Origin: Vitreimonas sp.
GTDB lineage: Bacteria > Patescibacteriota > Microgenomatia > UBA1400 > PJMF01
Assembly: GCA_035627515.1 (NCBI GenBank)
Contig: DASPLQ010000012.1
Span: 1,344,517-1,408,516, forward strand
DNA length: 64,000 nucleotides
Reading direction: 5' to 3'
Positions within the stretch are counted from its first letter, which is position 1. Each line of letters starts with the position of its first letter. Under the pieces are notes generated by a model, which did not search any database, was not told the DNA's origin, and saw only the letters and a list, made by a program, of their open reading frames with translations. Below are positions 17,456-27,498 of the stretch, in pieces. The translations under genes and the position numbers were made by a program.

Positions 17456-17569
17456 GTTTGTGCTGAAAAATAATTCGCTTCGGTTGCGAGTACGCAAATC
17501 TCAGCTCATTATTTTTCTTCACTCACATTATTTCTCACTCACTTAGTTACTCGCTCAATCAATTACTTC
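17456..17569 (-). repeat. Conserved leader upstream of tRNA-Leu(TAG), copy 2
   Basis: 17465-17514 is the exact reverse complement of 364-413. Confidence 0.85.
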
Positions 17570-17616
17570 CAGTATTTTACCTTATTTAACCCATAAATGT
17601 GATAGTATGAAGGACG

Positions 17617-18294
17617 ATGTTTGAGTATATTCATAAAACTAACCCTCGTTCCCGTTCTTTTCGGATTACAGTAGCTCCTAATGGTGATGTAATTGTCAGT
17701 ACTCCTAGGTGGTATATGCCAGGATCGTTGCAACAGTTTTTAGAACATAGTGCTGGCTGGGTAGAGAGAACTAAAGCTAAAATGATGAGCCGAAAAACGC
17801 ACGCTTCAAATAATCAAAGCGTGAATATTTTTGGCAAAGCCTATGAAAAAAAGGTTGAATATTCAGCCCGCCACCGGGTTGGAATTCGCATTGAGGGTAA
17901 ATCACTCATTCTCAATCCAACCTCACCACAATTAACTACTTGGAATGCGGCTGCTGAAAAACAACTCAATACTTTCTTAAAAGCCACTGCTGAAAAATAC
18001 ATTATTCCCCGCACCCATCAATTGGGTGAGAAAATGGCTACCACTTTCCGGCACATTACACTGCGAGAACAAAAAAGTCGCTGGGGCAGTTGTAGCAGTA
18101 CTGGGAATCTCAATTTTAATTGGCGACTTGTCCATTATGAGCCACCCATTATTGATTACGTAATCATTCACGAATTGGCTCACCGCACACATATGAACCA
18201 CTCAGCTGCTTTTTGGAATTTAGTCGCAAAATATGACCCCGCTCATTTACAACACCGGGGGTGGTTGAAACGCAATGGGATGAGTCTGGGGTAA
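17617..18294 (+). CDS. YgjP/DUF45 (SprT-like) zinc metallo-hydrolase
   Basis: QKSRWGSCS, LNFNWRL, DYVIIHELAH..HMNHS.AFW. Confidence 0.92.
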   Translation: MFEYIHKTNPRSRSFRITVAPNGDVIVSTPRWYMPGSLQQFLEHSAGWVERTKAKMMSRKTHASNNQSVNIFGKAYEKKVEYSARHRVGIRIEGKSLILNPTSPQLTTWNAAAEKQLNTFLKATAEKYIIPRTHQLGEKMATTFRHITLREQKSRWGSCSSTGNLNFNWRLVHYEPPIIDYVIIHELAHRTHMNHSAAFWNLVAKYDPAHLQHRGWLKRNGMSLG

Positions 18295-18361
18295 AAACTC
18301 AAAATTGACATCAGCTTCTTTCAGTACTAGATTGCAGATACTACTTAAAAGAAAGGAAACT

Positions 18362-18841
18362 ATGTCCAAAGAACCTTTAAAGCAATATCGAACTTGGGAA
18401 GAAACACCAAAAGCTCAATGGGTAAAAAAGCAAGCACATAGATTAAATCTCTTAAGTCAAAGTTCTGAGCCACTAGGGTGGGACGATCAAGCTGATTTTG
18501 ATTTTATTAATTGGTATAAGTCAGAAGGCTTTAATTTAAGTGAAGATAAAATTCAAGCTAAGCGAGATGAGTTTCGTAGACGAGACTGTCCCTACAAAAA
18601 CTGGGAAGAAACTTCCCAAGCTATGATGGTCAAAGCAATTGAAAACAATGTTAATGTAACACTAATTAATAATCCAGGAAAAGAGCTGCATTGGCAGCTT
18701 GCGGCTCGTCAGGTTTGGATTGAGTGGTACAAATCAGTGGGTTATATTTACTCAAAACCCTTCGGCAATAATGATGACGTTTATGAAGAGGTAGAAATTA
18801 TTGAACGTAGGTTTAAACCTGAGGAAGAGGAAAGCGAATAG
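18362..18841 (+). CDS. Hypothetical protein with two internal repeats
   Basis: AAAGGA RBS; Y..WEET..A..VK...W.....I.WYKS.G occurs twice. Confidence 0.75.
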   Translation: MSKEPLKQYRTWEETPKAQWVKKQAHRLNLLSQSSEPLGWDDQADFDFINWYKSEGFNLSEDKIQAKRDEFRRRDCPYKNWEETSQAMMVKAIENNVNVTLINNPGKELHWQLAARQVWIEWYKSVGYIYSKPFGNNDDVYEEVEIIERRFKPEEEESE

Positions 18842-18857
18842 AAGCTTCCAGCTATAG

Positions 18858-18886
18858 TAAAAAGGAGGCTTATAGCCTCCTTTTTA
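18858..18886. terminator. Bidirectional intrinsic terminator
   Basis: TAAAAAGGAGGCT-TAT-AGCCTCCTTTTTA between convergent genes. Confidence 0.85.
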
Positions 18887-18909
18887 TTTATTTTTTTAAT
18901 GAGAATGAA

Positions 18910-19491
18910 TTATTTAACTTTACTAATCACCCCCGTCACCAATCCACCTTGGACAATGTTGAGAATAAACGCTAAACCAACGGCGACCATCCACGAACTA
19001 ATACCCATCCCCAAGACCTCAGCAAACCGAGCGACAACCCACACCGCCCCAATGTTTAAGAAGAAATAAAGTAACATCCAGTGCATGTCTTGTAATTTGT
19101 AACGCATTTGTTCAGCAATCAACTCAATTACTGGCACAGCGCCAACAATCATAAAGGTCAGCACTACTTGGCTATACAACAAAGCTTCAAATAACGAAAA
19201 GCGGTGCGTGCCTAAAACTACATTGCCAGGAAATACTAAGTGAGATAAGTAGATCACCATCATATTTGCTACCAGTAACACGGCGAACATTGCCCCCAGT
19301 TGAACGATACTCATACGTTGGCTACTACTCACAGAGCGAACGGAAGATTGGGTGGCAGATTGCTGCAAAGCACTGGCTAAAGAACTAGTATTGCCTCGAG
19401 CAGCCATCACTGTCCGTTGCAGTTTTTGAGTCCGAGCCGCACTTTTGTGTGAGCGATCTTTTTTATGTTTCCGGGGTTTTTGTTTTGGCAT
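18910..19491 (-). CDS. Hypothetical 4-TM membrane protein
   Basis: Basic disordered N-terminus then four hydrophobic helices. Confidence 0.8.
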   Translation of the reverse strand: MPKQKPRKHKKDRSHKSAARTQKLQRTVMAARGNTSSLASALQQSATQSSVRSVSSSQRMSIVQLGAMFAVLLVANMMVIYLSHLVFPGNVVLGTHRFSLFEALLYSQVVLTFMIVGAVPVIELIAEQMRYKLQDMHWMLLYFFLNIGAVWVVARFAEVLGMGISSWMVAVGLAFILNIVQGGLVTGVISKVK

Positions 19492-19592
19492 ATCAGCCTT
19501 TATAAATCAGGTTAACTTATAATTACGTCTAAGACTACCATGCTAGTTCCAGGCTTTCAAGAGAGTAGACTCTGGTATGATAATCACTACTT

Positions 19593-20288
19593 ATGACGAT
19601 CGTCATTCACGGTGAACACACCGCCCATTCCCGCCAAAAGTTAAGTACTGTCATTAACCAACACCAGACTCAACACATAAAGATGGTCCGGCTGGAAGCT
19701 AAAAGAATAACCGAAGCTGATTTGGAAATGGCCCTAGGTTCAGAGTCATTATTTAATGAACCTAAAGTGGTGGTGATAGAGGAGTTGCATTCATTACCAA
19801 AGTCCAAGCGTAAAGACACTTTAATTGATCAATTGAGTCAACACGCACTCGATACCGATCTGACGCTGATTATTTGGGAAAAGCGGACTTTAACCGCCAC
19901 CATGCTCAAGAAATTTCCCAAAGCTGAAGTCTTTGAGTTTAAGTTAAGTAGTACTTTATTTAAATGGTTAGAGTCACTGTCATCTGATCAAAAAACTAAA
20001 GCTCAGCAACTGAAGTACTTTCATCAAACATTGGAAACTGAAGATGAATTTATGTGTTTGAGTATGTTGGCCCGACAAATCAGAATGTTAATTCAAACTA
20101 AAGAAGGCGCCACCCTGAGTGGAGCTCCCTTCATGATTGCCAAACTCAAAAAACAAGCTGGAAGTATTTCCCTCGAGCAACTTCTTGCTACTCATGCCCG
20201 CCTCCTGGAGATTGAACTCAAGCACAAAACCTCGTCCACACCCTTGACCCTGCGTCAAGACCTTGATCTTTTGCTGCTGCAACTGTAG
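19593..20288 (+). CDS. holA: DNA polymerase III delta subunit-like (shortened)
   Basis: IVIHGE, SLF..KVVVIE, MLARQIR.LI, PFMIAKL..QA, E...KT. Confidence 0.72.
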   Translation: MTIVIHGEHTAHSRQKLSTVINQHQTQHIKMVRLEAKRITEADLEMALGSESLFNEPKVVVIEELHSLPKSKRKDTLIDQLSQHALDTDLTLIIWEKRTLTATMLKKFPKAEVFEFKLSSTLFKWLESLSSDQKTKAQQLKYFHQTLETEDEFMCLSMLARQIRMLIQTKEGATLSGAPFMIAKLKKQAGSISLEQLLATHARLLEIELKHKTSSTPLTLRQDLDLLLLQL

Positions 20289-20333
20289 GATGCCTTCATC
20301 AACACCAACCTATTGCTCACAAAAAGGAGTTTT

Positions 20334-21689
20334 ATGCAGGTTGATCCCTCAATTTTTAAAGCCTACGACATTCGTGGCATCTTCGGACAACAACTTTTTG
20401 AAGACACCGCTGAAGCCGTTGGCAAAGCCTTTGCCAAAATTTTGCAACCCACCACGGTGATTGTGGGCCGCGATGGTCGCATCTCTAGCCCAGTGCTCCG
20501 CGATCGCTTAGTCAAAGGTTTGACTGAGGTCGGCGTCAATGTGATTGACGTAGGGATGGTCTCAACTGATATGTACTATTATGCATGTGCCACCAAAAAA
20601 TTGCCTGGCATCATGGTCACCGCTAGTCACAACCCCAAAGAATACAATGGTTTCAAAATGGTCCGCCAAATTCCTTACTTACTTTCTGGAGACGAAGGTA
20701 TCATGGATATGAAGAAAGTCATCGAAGCTGATGATTTTCCGCCCATGGCTACTCAACCTGGCTCTGTAGAAGAGTGGTCCATCATGGATGGCTTTATTGA
20801 AAAAATGCTTAGTTTAGTGGATGTGACCCAGCTGAAGCCAATGAAAGTTTTTGCTGATACTGCCAATGGCATGGTTGGTCCCTCACTAACGGCACTTTTT
20901 AAACATATTCCCCAAATTGAGTTAGTACCAATGTATTTTGAGCCTGATGGAAACTTCCCTAATCATGGTGGTGACCCACTCGATCCGGCTAACCGCGCCG
21001 AACTTGAACAACGTGTCCCAGCAGAGGGGGCCGAGCTCGGTTTTGCGTTTGATCCTGATGGTGATCGCTTTTTCTGTATCGATAAAAAAGGCCGCTTTGT
21101 TTCTGGTGACTTCATGACTGCGTTGTTATCAAAGTACTTTTTACAACGTCAGCCTGGAGCTAATATCGTGTATGACATTCGTGCCTCTCACGCGGTTCCA
21201 GATCTCATTACCGCAGCTGGTGGTAACCCGCTCTATAACCGAGTCGGTCACGCCTACATCAAAAAGCGGATGATGGATGAGAATGCCGTTTTTGGCGGGG
21301 AAGTCACAGGGCATTATTACTTTAGTGATTTTTATTTCTGCGACTCCGGCATTGCCCCCATGCTCTACTTGCTAGACATGTTATCCAAAGGTGCTGAAAC
21401 ACTTGACCAAATGACCGACAAACTTGGCAGTGTGTACTTCATTTCCGGCGAGATCAACACCAAGGGCGTAGAAAGCAAAGCCGTGTTAGAAAAAATTGAA
21501 GCTCAGTATGGTCCTAGTGCCAAAGAAATCATTAAAGTGGATGGTATTACGCTCGTCTATGAAGACTGGCACTTTAACGTCCGTGCTTCTAACACTGAAC
21601 CATTAGTTCGCTTGAATCTTGAGGCTAACTCTCAAGCTTTGATGGAACAAAAGCGAGATGAAGTGTTAGCGGTGATTCGTGGCCAATAA
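20334..21689 (+). CDS. manB: Phosphomannomutase/phosphoglucomutase
   Basis: IFKAYDIRG, MVTASHNP, FDPDGDR, GGEVTGH, RASNTEP. Confidence 0.93.
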   Translation: MQVDPSIFKAYDIRGIFGQQLFEDTAEAVGKAFAKILQPTTVIVGRDGRISSPVLRDRLVKGLTEVGVNVIDVGMVSTDMYYYACATKKLPGIMVTASHNPKEYNGFKMVRQIPYLLSGDEGIMDMKKVIEADDFPPMATQPGSVEEWSIMDGFIEKMLSLVDVTQLKPMKVFADTANGMVGPSLTALFKHIPQIELVPMYFEPDGNFPNHGGDPLDPANRAELEQRVPAEGAELGFAFDPDGDRFFCIDKKGRFVSGDFMTALLSKYFLQRQPGANIVYDIRASHAVPDLITAAGGNPLYNRVGHAYIKKRMMDENAVFGGEVTGHYYFSDFYFCDSGIAPMLYLLDMLSKGAETLDQMTDKLGSVYFISGEINTKGVESKAVLEKIEAQYGPSAKEIIKVDGITLVYEDWHFNVRASNTEPLVRLNLEANSQALMEQKRDEVLAVIRGQ

Positions 21690-21697
21690 ATAACATC

Positions 21698-22216
21698 ATG
21701 TCGAGTTATATTTCTCAGTGGTACCGTCACTGTCCTCACTGTGGTACTGAGCTTCAGCATCATAGTGAGGGCGCTCGTTGTCAAACCTGTGAATTTGTGG
21801 TTTATGACAATCCGGCGGGAACTGTGACCGTAGTGGTGAAAAACCCACGGGGAGAGATTCTCTTAGCTAAACGCGGTATTGAACCTTTCAAAGGCTGGTG
21901 GGACTTGCCAGGTGGATTCATTAAAGGGGGAGAGACTTTTGAAGAAGCCGCTCACCGTGAGTTGAAAGAAGAAACTAACTTAGAAATTGTGGTCACGAAA
22001 TATCTGGGACAAATGGCCGATGTTTACCAAGGTCGAGATATTATTGCCCTCCTCTATGCTGCCCAAACGCAAGATTTACATTTTACAGCTCAAGATGACG
22101 TGACTGAGCTGGCTTGGTTTAAACTGAGTGAGTTACCTCCTCAAATTGCTTTTAAAAACTGTCAACTGGCCATTGATCTTTATCGTCAGGCTCAGGAGGA
22201 TTCAAATGTCAAATGA
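21698..22216 (+). CDS. Zn-ribbon NUDIX hydrolase
   Basis: CPHCG..CQTC plus LPGGF.KGGETFEEAAHRELKEET. Confidence 0.88.
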   Translation: MSSYISQWYRHCPHCGTELQHHSEGARCQTCEFVVYDNPAGTVTVVVKNPRGEILLAKRGIEPFKGWWDLPGGFIKGGETFEEAAHRELKEETNLEIVVTKYLGQMADVYQGRDIIALLYAAQTQDLHFTAQDDVTELAWFKLSELPPQIAFKNCQLAIDLYRQAQEDSNVK

Positions 22217-23114
22217 CGCTGTTCAGATCACCTTTGACTGGGATAACTCAGTTTGGTTTTTTGATGTTGATGACACCCTCATTAACACCGCAGATTTAAT
22301 TAAACCAGCAGCAGAGGGCATGCTGCCGTTACTGACACACAGTTTAGGACCGGAAAAAGCTACTGCACTCAAACAACGCTTTATTGAAATTTTTGATTTA
22401 CTCTTGATTGGTCACCGGATGAAAACTGGGGAAACGTGGTCAAGCTCCCAATTAGAAACCGCGCATCAGCAACTGGTGGAAAATATTAAGTCGCATCAGG
22501 AAGTTTTACTTTCTGAAGGCATATTTAAAAAATGGAGCAGGCAAGTTTGGCTCAAGCAAGCAGCTGTAGATTTGGGCATTGAGCTTGATCCGGAGTTGAA
22601 CCTGTTAGCTGTCCAAGCTTATTGGGATGAGTTAGCACGCCAAACGCAATTATTAACAGGTGTTCCTGAGCTCTTCACTGAATTAAAGCACCGTGGTTAC
22701 CCGGTGTTTCTAGTCACTGGGAGTGATGCCCACTTACATTTTAATGACAACCTTCAGTTTATATATGATCCAGTCCGGTCAGAACACATTAAGCAACAAC
22801 GCGTGTTGCCATTGCGAGAACTTGGCCTCGACTTTCATGATTTAGTCATTGGTGATCCTATTGATAAGCCCCACCGGGGGTTTTTCGAGAAAGCCGTGGA
22901 AGTTGCTAAAGATCATTTGCATCCTAACTTAGATCCTCAGCACTTTGTGATTGTCGGTGATTCTTATGGCAGTGACCTTCACGTTCCTCGGACTGAACTT
23001 GACTTTGGTTTAGTAGTGGAGATAGTGCCTGGTCAACAAAACCTGACAATGATAGACTCACAACACCTAGCCACAGGAAACTTGGCTACCTTGATCAATT
23101 TACTACCAAGATAA
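22206..23114 (+). CDS. HAD-superfamily hydrolase
   Basis: FFDVDDTL, LVTGS, KP, IVGDSYGSD. Confidence 0.85.
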   Translation: MSNDAVQITFDWDNSVWFFDVDDTLINTADLIKPAAEGMLPLLTHSLGPEKATALKQRFIEIFDLLLIGHRMKTGETWSSSQLETAHQQLVENIKSHQEVLLSEGIFKKWSRQVWLKQAAVDLGIELDPELNLLAVQAYWDELARQTQLLTGVPELFTELKHRGYPVFLVTGSDAHLHFNDNLQFIYDPVRSEHIKQQRVLPLRELGLDFHDLVIGDPIDKPHRGFFEKAVEVAKDHLHPNLDPQHFVIVGDSYGSDLHVPRTELDFGLVVEIVPGQQNLTMIDSQHLATGNLATLINLLPR

Positions 23115-23124
23115 GGCACTTATC

Positions 23125-24069
23125 ATGTCACAAGATCTAGATATTTTGTACCTCGGCACTACCTACTTAGATATTAATACTCACCATTTTCCAGTAGAGG
23201 AAAGCTTGGTTTTAGAAACCGAGACGGTGGGCGGGGAGTATGTGGCAGAGCTTGGCGGCTCTTCACTCAATAGTGCTCGCTTAGCAGCTGCTCTAGAGCT
23301 AAAACCACTCTTCATCGGCAAAGTAGGCAATGACGTTTTTGGCCAGCAAGTGCAATTGTTGATGAAGCAGGCTGGAGTTGAGTCGGGCCTGATAGTATCA
23401 CCATACCACCAAACTAATTTGGGAATTAATTATAGTAACTCGGAGGGGAAAACGGTGATGACCGTGGTGGGCACGGCTAACCAGTCCTTACAAGCCGAAG
23501 AAATTATGGCTCAAATCAGCCAGCATTTACCTCGAGTTAAGTACTTGTACCTGAGCGGTTACTTTAAGTTGGCAGCCCTCAGAGATGCTTATCCAGAGTT
23601 AATTAAACAAGCACACCAAGCTGGAGTGAAAGTGGTAGTTGATCATGGCCGGCCAAATAATCGCACTAGTTCGAGTGAGTTGGAAAACTTACGCACCATT
23701 TTAGCTACCGTAGACCTTTATCTTCCTAGCCATGATGAGTTTTTAACTGTTTGGGAAACTGAGTCCTTAGAACTCGGGCTCGAAAAAGTGAAAGCTGTAA
23801 TCAACGGCAAAGTAGCCGTGAAACTGGGCAGCAAAGGGGCCATTGGTTTTGACGAAACCAAAGACAATGTGCAGGCTGATGCTTTTGCTGTAGAAATCTT
23901 TCACACAGTGGGAGCAGGCGATAGCTTTAACACTGGTTTTATTAAAGGCCTAACGCTCAAGTATTCTTTTGCTCAAGCCCTGCGCTTGGGATGCGCCACC
24001 GCAGCTTTAAAAATTTCCCAACCTCACCTACCAAATTTAGCTCAAGTAGATGAACTTTATCAAAGTTGA
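23125..24069 (+). CDS. PfkB family carbohydrate kinase
   Basis: GGSSLN, GKVGNDVFG, VKLGSKG, TVGAGDSFNTG. Confidence 0.92.
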   Translation: MSQDLDILYLGTTYLDINTHHFPVEESLVLETETVGGEYVAELGGSSLNSARLAAALELKPLFIGKVGNDVFGQQVQLLMKQAGVESGLIVSPYHQTNLGINYSNSEGKTVMTVVGTANQSLQAEEIMAQISQHLPRVKYLYLSGYFKLAALRDAYPELIKQAHQAGVKVVVDHGRPNNRTSSSELENLRTILATVDLYLPSHDEFLTVWETESLELGLEKVKAVINGKVAVKLGSKGAIGFDETKDNVQADAFAVEIFHTVGAGDSFNTGFIKGLTLKYSFAQALRLGCATAALKISQPHLPNLAQVDELYQS

Positions 24070-24923
24070 TTAAGGTGACTGAGAATCTCTTTTTGATAAG
24101 CCTCATTCACAAATAGTCCTTCAGCCAACCTACCCTTACTAGGCCACACGAGCGGCTGACCCTGCCAATCACTGATTACCCCACCTTGTGCATTGCCAAT
24201 AATCGCAGCCAAAAAAATGTCCCGAATTTGCGGAGTGTGAGTAATATAGCCAGCGGCTTCACCATTCATGACTTTAAAAATGGCATCAAAAAAACAGCCA
24301 TTATCTTTCATTTCTTCTACTACTTCGTAACCATTTTCAGATAGGCCACTGGTAACTTCTGGCGTTACGCGCCGATTTTTATAGACCACTTTTTTAGCTT
24401 TTTCAGGAAGAGTGATCAACTGGCGAGTAGCAAAACCGTGGGCATCAAACCCCTTACACAAATATGAGTGACCATCAGGAGCCCAAACAAAGGCTTGATC
24501 CCTGCTCGCTAAATAAACAATCGCAGCAGCAATTTGACCTGCTTTCATCACGCCAAGTGTGACTGAGTATGCGTCTTTGCCTTCTACATACTCAAGGGTA
24601 CCATCGATGGGATCTACCACTAGTGAGTATGCTTGGTCGGCACTGCTAAATAACTGGGCGCGCGGTGTTTTTTCTTCGGCATCTAATAAAGTGATCGCCG
24701 GATCTAAAACTTCACTCATCGTCAGCAACATCACCTCTTGCACCACTTCATCGACGACCGTTTTAGCCTCCACCATCGCTCTCACTCGGTCTGAAGCTTG
24801 GGCGTCTATTTCCATGACCTTGCCTTCGTTCTGGACTTTACCTTGTACGTTTTTGGCTATGACTCCACCTTGGCGAACTGCTCTACACATGTGGTCGAAG
24901 ATGAGGGAAATATCTGGAGTCAT
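24060..24923 (-). CDS. Inositol monophosphatase/FIG superfamily protein
   Basis: DAEE, VVDPIDGT. Confidence 0.85.
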   Translation of the reverse strand: MTPDISLIFDHMCRAVRQGGVIAKNVQGKVQNEGKVMEIDAQASDRVRAMVEAKTVVDEVVQEVMLLTMSEVLDPAITLLDAEEKTPRAQLFSSADQAYSLVVDPIDGTLEYVEGKDAYSVTLGVMKAGQIAAAIVYLASRDQAFVWAPDGHSYLCKGFDAHGFATRQLITLPEKAKKVVYKNRRVTPEVTSGLSENGYEVVEEMKDNGCFFDAIFKVMNGEAAGYITHTPQIRDIFLAAIIGNAQGGVISDWQGQPLVWPSKGRLAEGLFVNEAYQKEILSHLNQL

Positions 24924-24932
24924 AGCCTGATT

Positions 24933-25463
24933 CTAACGCAGAACTTGATATTTAGTTAGTAGGGTTCCTTGAGCGTTGAGTTGCCTGGCTGATAGTAATT
25001 TAAGGTGGGTTGACCGGGGCAAAACACCTTCGAATAAAGGCCTGCCACTTCCAAAGGCTCGTGGTTCAACGGTCAGAAAAATTTCGTCAATCAATCCGGC
25101 AGCTAAAAATGAGCCCGCCAGCTGAGCTCCACCCACAAGTAACATCTGAGCGTAGCCTGCTTGAGCATACTTTTTTGTGAGCTCTGCCGGTTGAGCATTA
25201 GTAAAGGACAATTGGCCTTCCACCTCCTCGTGGACATATTTTTCAGGAGTGCTTGTCACCACTACTCGCTGCTTGCCAGGCTGAAGTCGGATCATAGACC
25301 GTGAACTTTGATACGTCTCGCGACCCATCACAATTAAGGTGTGTTCATTTATCTGCTCGAAAAAAAATTTCTGATCTTCAGCTGAAGCCCAGTGATAGGC
25401 GGGTTCAAGACCACGAGTGGTACAACCATCAACACTGCTAACTAAGATGAGGGTAACTTTCAT
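24933..25463 (-). CDS. Dihydrofolate reductase/RibD C-terminal-like protein
   Basis: SSVDG, IVMGRETY, LVGGAQL, GLIDEI..VEP..FGSG.PLF. Confidence 0.85.
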   Translation of the reverse strand: MKVTLILVSSVDGCTTRGLEPAYHWASAEDQKFFFEQINEHTLIVMGRETYQSSRSMIRLQPGKQRVVVTSTPEKYVHEEVEGQLSFTNAQPAELTKKYAQAGYAQMLLVGGAQLAGSFLAAGLIDEIFLTVEPRAFGSGRPLFEGVLPRSTHLKLLSARQLNAQGTLLTKYQVLR

Positions 25464-26086
25464 TTACTGTTTTTCAGCCATGCCACTCCCAAATACGTGA
25501 AAGGGGTTTCAATAATAGAGAAGGCACACTTCAATAACCAATAGGGGATAATCAGTGAGATTACAAACCAAAAATTTCCCGGCCGGTAAAAAGCTAACAT
25601 CATAAATACAAAGGTGTCAGCAAATTGACCAATAAAGTTGGAAAGATTATTCCGTAACCATAAATGTTTTTTGCCCAGCTTTTCTCTAATTTTGCTGTAT
25701 ACATAGACGTCAAACATTTCACTCAAAAAAAATGCTATCAAACTCGCGATCATAATCCGCATCGATTTGCCAAAGACTTGCAGGTACGCGGGATGACTAG
25801 CCTGAAAACGTGCGGCTGGTGGTAAAACTAACGCTATCATTGTCAAGATCAGCAACACCACCAACATCATCAGCCCCGTTCGTACAAAGTGACGGGCTCG
25901 GGCTTTGCCAGCCACTTCAGCGACGACGTCATTGATCGTAAAAGTGATCGGGAGGGCTAAAATACCCACCGAAGCGCTGACACCCATGATGGTGGTCACT
26001 TTGGACCCCAACAGTTCAGCCGCCATAATCGCGGTAATATATAACGCTAATAAAATATCGAGTTTTTGTTCTAAAGTGTAGTTCAT
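25460..26086 (-). CDS. yhhQ: Queuosine precursor transporter (VUT/YhhQ family)
   Basis: DVVAEV.G, RI..ASLIAF..S..FDV.VY, LWLRNNLS..IGQFADT.VF. Confidence 0.88.
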   Translation of the reverse strand: MNYTLEQKLDILLALYITAIMAAELLGSKVTTIMGVSASVGILALPITFTINDVVAEVAGKARARHFVRTGLMMLVVLLILTMIALVLPPAARFQASHPAYLQVFGKSMRIMIASLIAFFLSEMFDVYVYSKIREKLGKKHLWLRNNLSNFIGQFADTFVFMMLAFYRPGNFWFVISLIIPYWLLKCAFSIIETPFTYLGVAWLKNSK

Positions 26087-26087
26087 C

Positions 26088-26129
26088 AGATCCTTACATT
26101 AAGTATTAATACCACTTAATTGAGGATCT
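26088..26129 (-). promoter_or_regulatory. Hairpin occluding the transporter RBS
   Basis: AGATCCT..ATTAAGT / ACTTAAT..AGGATCT; the 3' arm on the minus strand contains TAAGGA just before the ATG. Confidence 0.55.
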
Positions 26130-26175
26130 AGGAACAGTAGAGGAAAAGACTGGGGTTTGAGCGGCGTTTCAACAT
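26128..26175 (-). CDS. Putative leaderless 15-aa uORF MLKRRSNPSLFLYCS
   Basis: ATG lies 6 nt after TAAACT of a TTGACA-17-TAAACT promoter; its stop overlaps the hairpin 5' arm. Confidence 0.4.
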   Translation of the reverse strand: MLKRRSNPSLFLYCS

Positions 26176-26181
26176 AGCCTG

Positions 26182-26210
26182 AGTTTAAGACCCAAAAAAG
26201 CCCTTGTCAA
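26182..26210 (-). promoter_or_regulatory. sigma70 promoter for the yhhQ operon
   Basis: TTGACA (26210-26205), 17 bp, TAAACT (26187-26182). Confidence 0.65.
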
Positions 26211-26247
26211 CCGCCCCCAGACCGTTTAAAAATGATACAATTCTGCT

Positions 26248-27495
26248 ATGAAACCAACCGTCTTGATTATTACCGGTGGCGCCAGCTCCCGCTTATTTCC
26301 CATTAACACTCATAATAAAGGTTATTTCTCTTTACTCGGGAAAGCTTTGATCTCTCGTACTATTGAGAATTTTTTAGCCCATGGGTTTGAAGATATTGTG
26401 GTAGTAGTGCCAGCTAGTGATCCAGAAGGCCACCAGCTATCTCAGCTGCTCCAAGATGACGGCATTACTCATCCTATCCAGTTTGTTGTCCAAACTGAAG
26501 CTAAAGGCCAAGCTGATGCTATTCTCTCGGCGCGTGGCCATCTGAAAAGTGGGTTTATTGTCTCTGCCCCGTATCACTTCCAGGGCGGCGAACTCGCAGC
26601 CCAACTCTGGCAACAAAAACAAAGTAGTGGGGCGGCCTGTGTTTATTTAGGTGCGCCCACTGAAACACCTGAACTCTACGGCATCATTTCATACCAGGGT
26701 GATCGCTTTATCAGCGTGGTAGAAAAACCCGCTCGTGAACAAGCACCATCTCACCTGAAAATTGTAGCCCTGTACCTATTTGATCAGACATTCTTAGACA
26801 CCCTAACTGCCACTCCAGAAAATGAGTATGCCCTCGAGGATGCAATCACTACACATGCTCGTGATCATCATGATAGTTGGGTAGAGACTAACACCAAGAC
26901 GTTATCACTCAAGTATCCTTGGCACTTATTTTCTTTTCAATCTCACCTCTTTACTCAATTAAAGTCCTCCCAAGAAGGTACTGCTGCCATTGCTAAAACC
27001 GCTCTCATTGATGATAGCCATGGTCCAGTTGTCACTAGTGCTGGAGCTCGGGTAGGTGACTTTGTGAAGTTAGTTGGCCCTTGCTTTATTGGACCCAACG
27101 CAGTGGTAGGAGATTATAGTTTCGTTCGGGAAAGTAGCATTGAAGCTAACAGTACCATCGGAGCTAATACCGAAGTGGTGAGGAGTATTATTTTGAAAAA
27201 CTCATCGCTTCATTTTGGGTATTTAGCTGACTCAATTATTGGCAACCACGTCAAAATTGGGGCCGGTTTAATCACTGCTAACAAACGACTTGATCGCCGC
27301 GAGTTGCAGGTCACGATCAAAGATAAAAAAGTAAATGTCGGGCGCAACAATCTGGGTATTATTGTCGGCGATAAGGCCAATATTGGCATCAGTGTTAACA
27401 CCATGCCCGGAGTGATGATCGGAGCTGAAGCGATTATTTTCCCCGGCACCACGCTCTATCATAGTGTCGCTAAACAAGCAGTATTCAAAGGTTAG
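26248..27495 (+). CDS. Bifunctional sugar-1-phosphate nucleotidyltransferase/acetyltransferase (GlmU-like)
   Basis: GGASSRLFP, VVEKP, KYPW, C-terminal hexapeptide repeats. Confidence 0.88.
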   Translation: MKPTVLIITGGASSRLFPINTHNKGYFSLLGKALISRTIENFLAHGFEDIVVVVPASDPEGHQLSQLLQDDGITHPIQFVVQTEAKGQADAILSARGHLKSGFIVSAPYHFQGGELAAQLWQQKQSSGAACVYLGAPTETPELYGIISYQGDRFISVVEKPAREQAPSHLKIVALYLFDQTFLDTLTATPENEYALEDAITTHARDHHDSWVETNTKTLSLKYPWHLFSFQSHLFTQLKSSQEGTAAIAKTALIDDSHGPVVTSAGARVGDFVKLVGPCFIGPNAVVGDYSFVRESSIEANSTIGANTEVVRSIILKNSSLHFGYLADSIIGNHVKIGAGLITANKRLDRRELQVTIKDKKVNVGRNNLGIIVGDKANIGISVNTMPGVMIGAEAIIFPGTTLYHSVAKQAVFKG

Positions 27496-27498
27496 TCC

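Noticed and set aside
26087-26210. preQ1 riboswitch upstream of yhhQ
   Set aside because: No preQ1-I stem-loop plus A-rich tail is recognisable by eye; cmscan would be needed to exclude other classes
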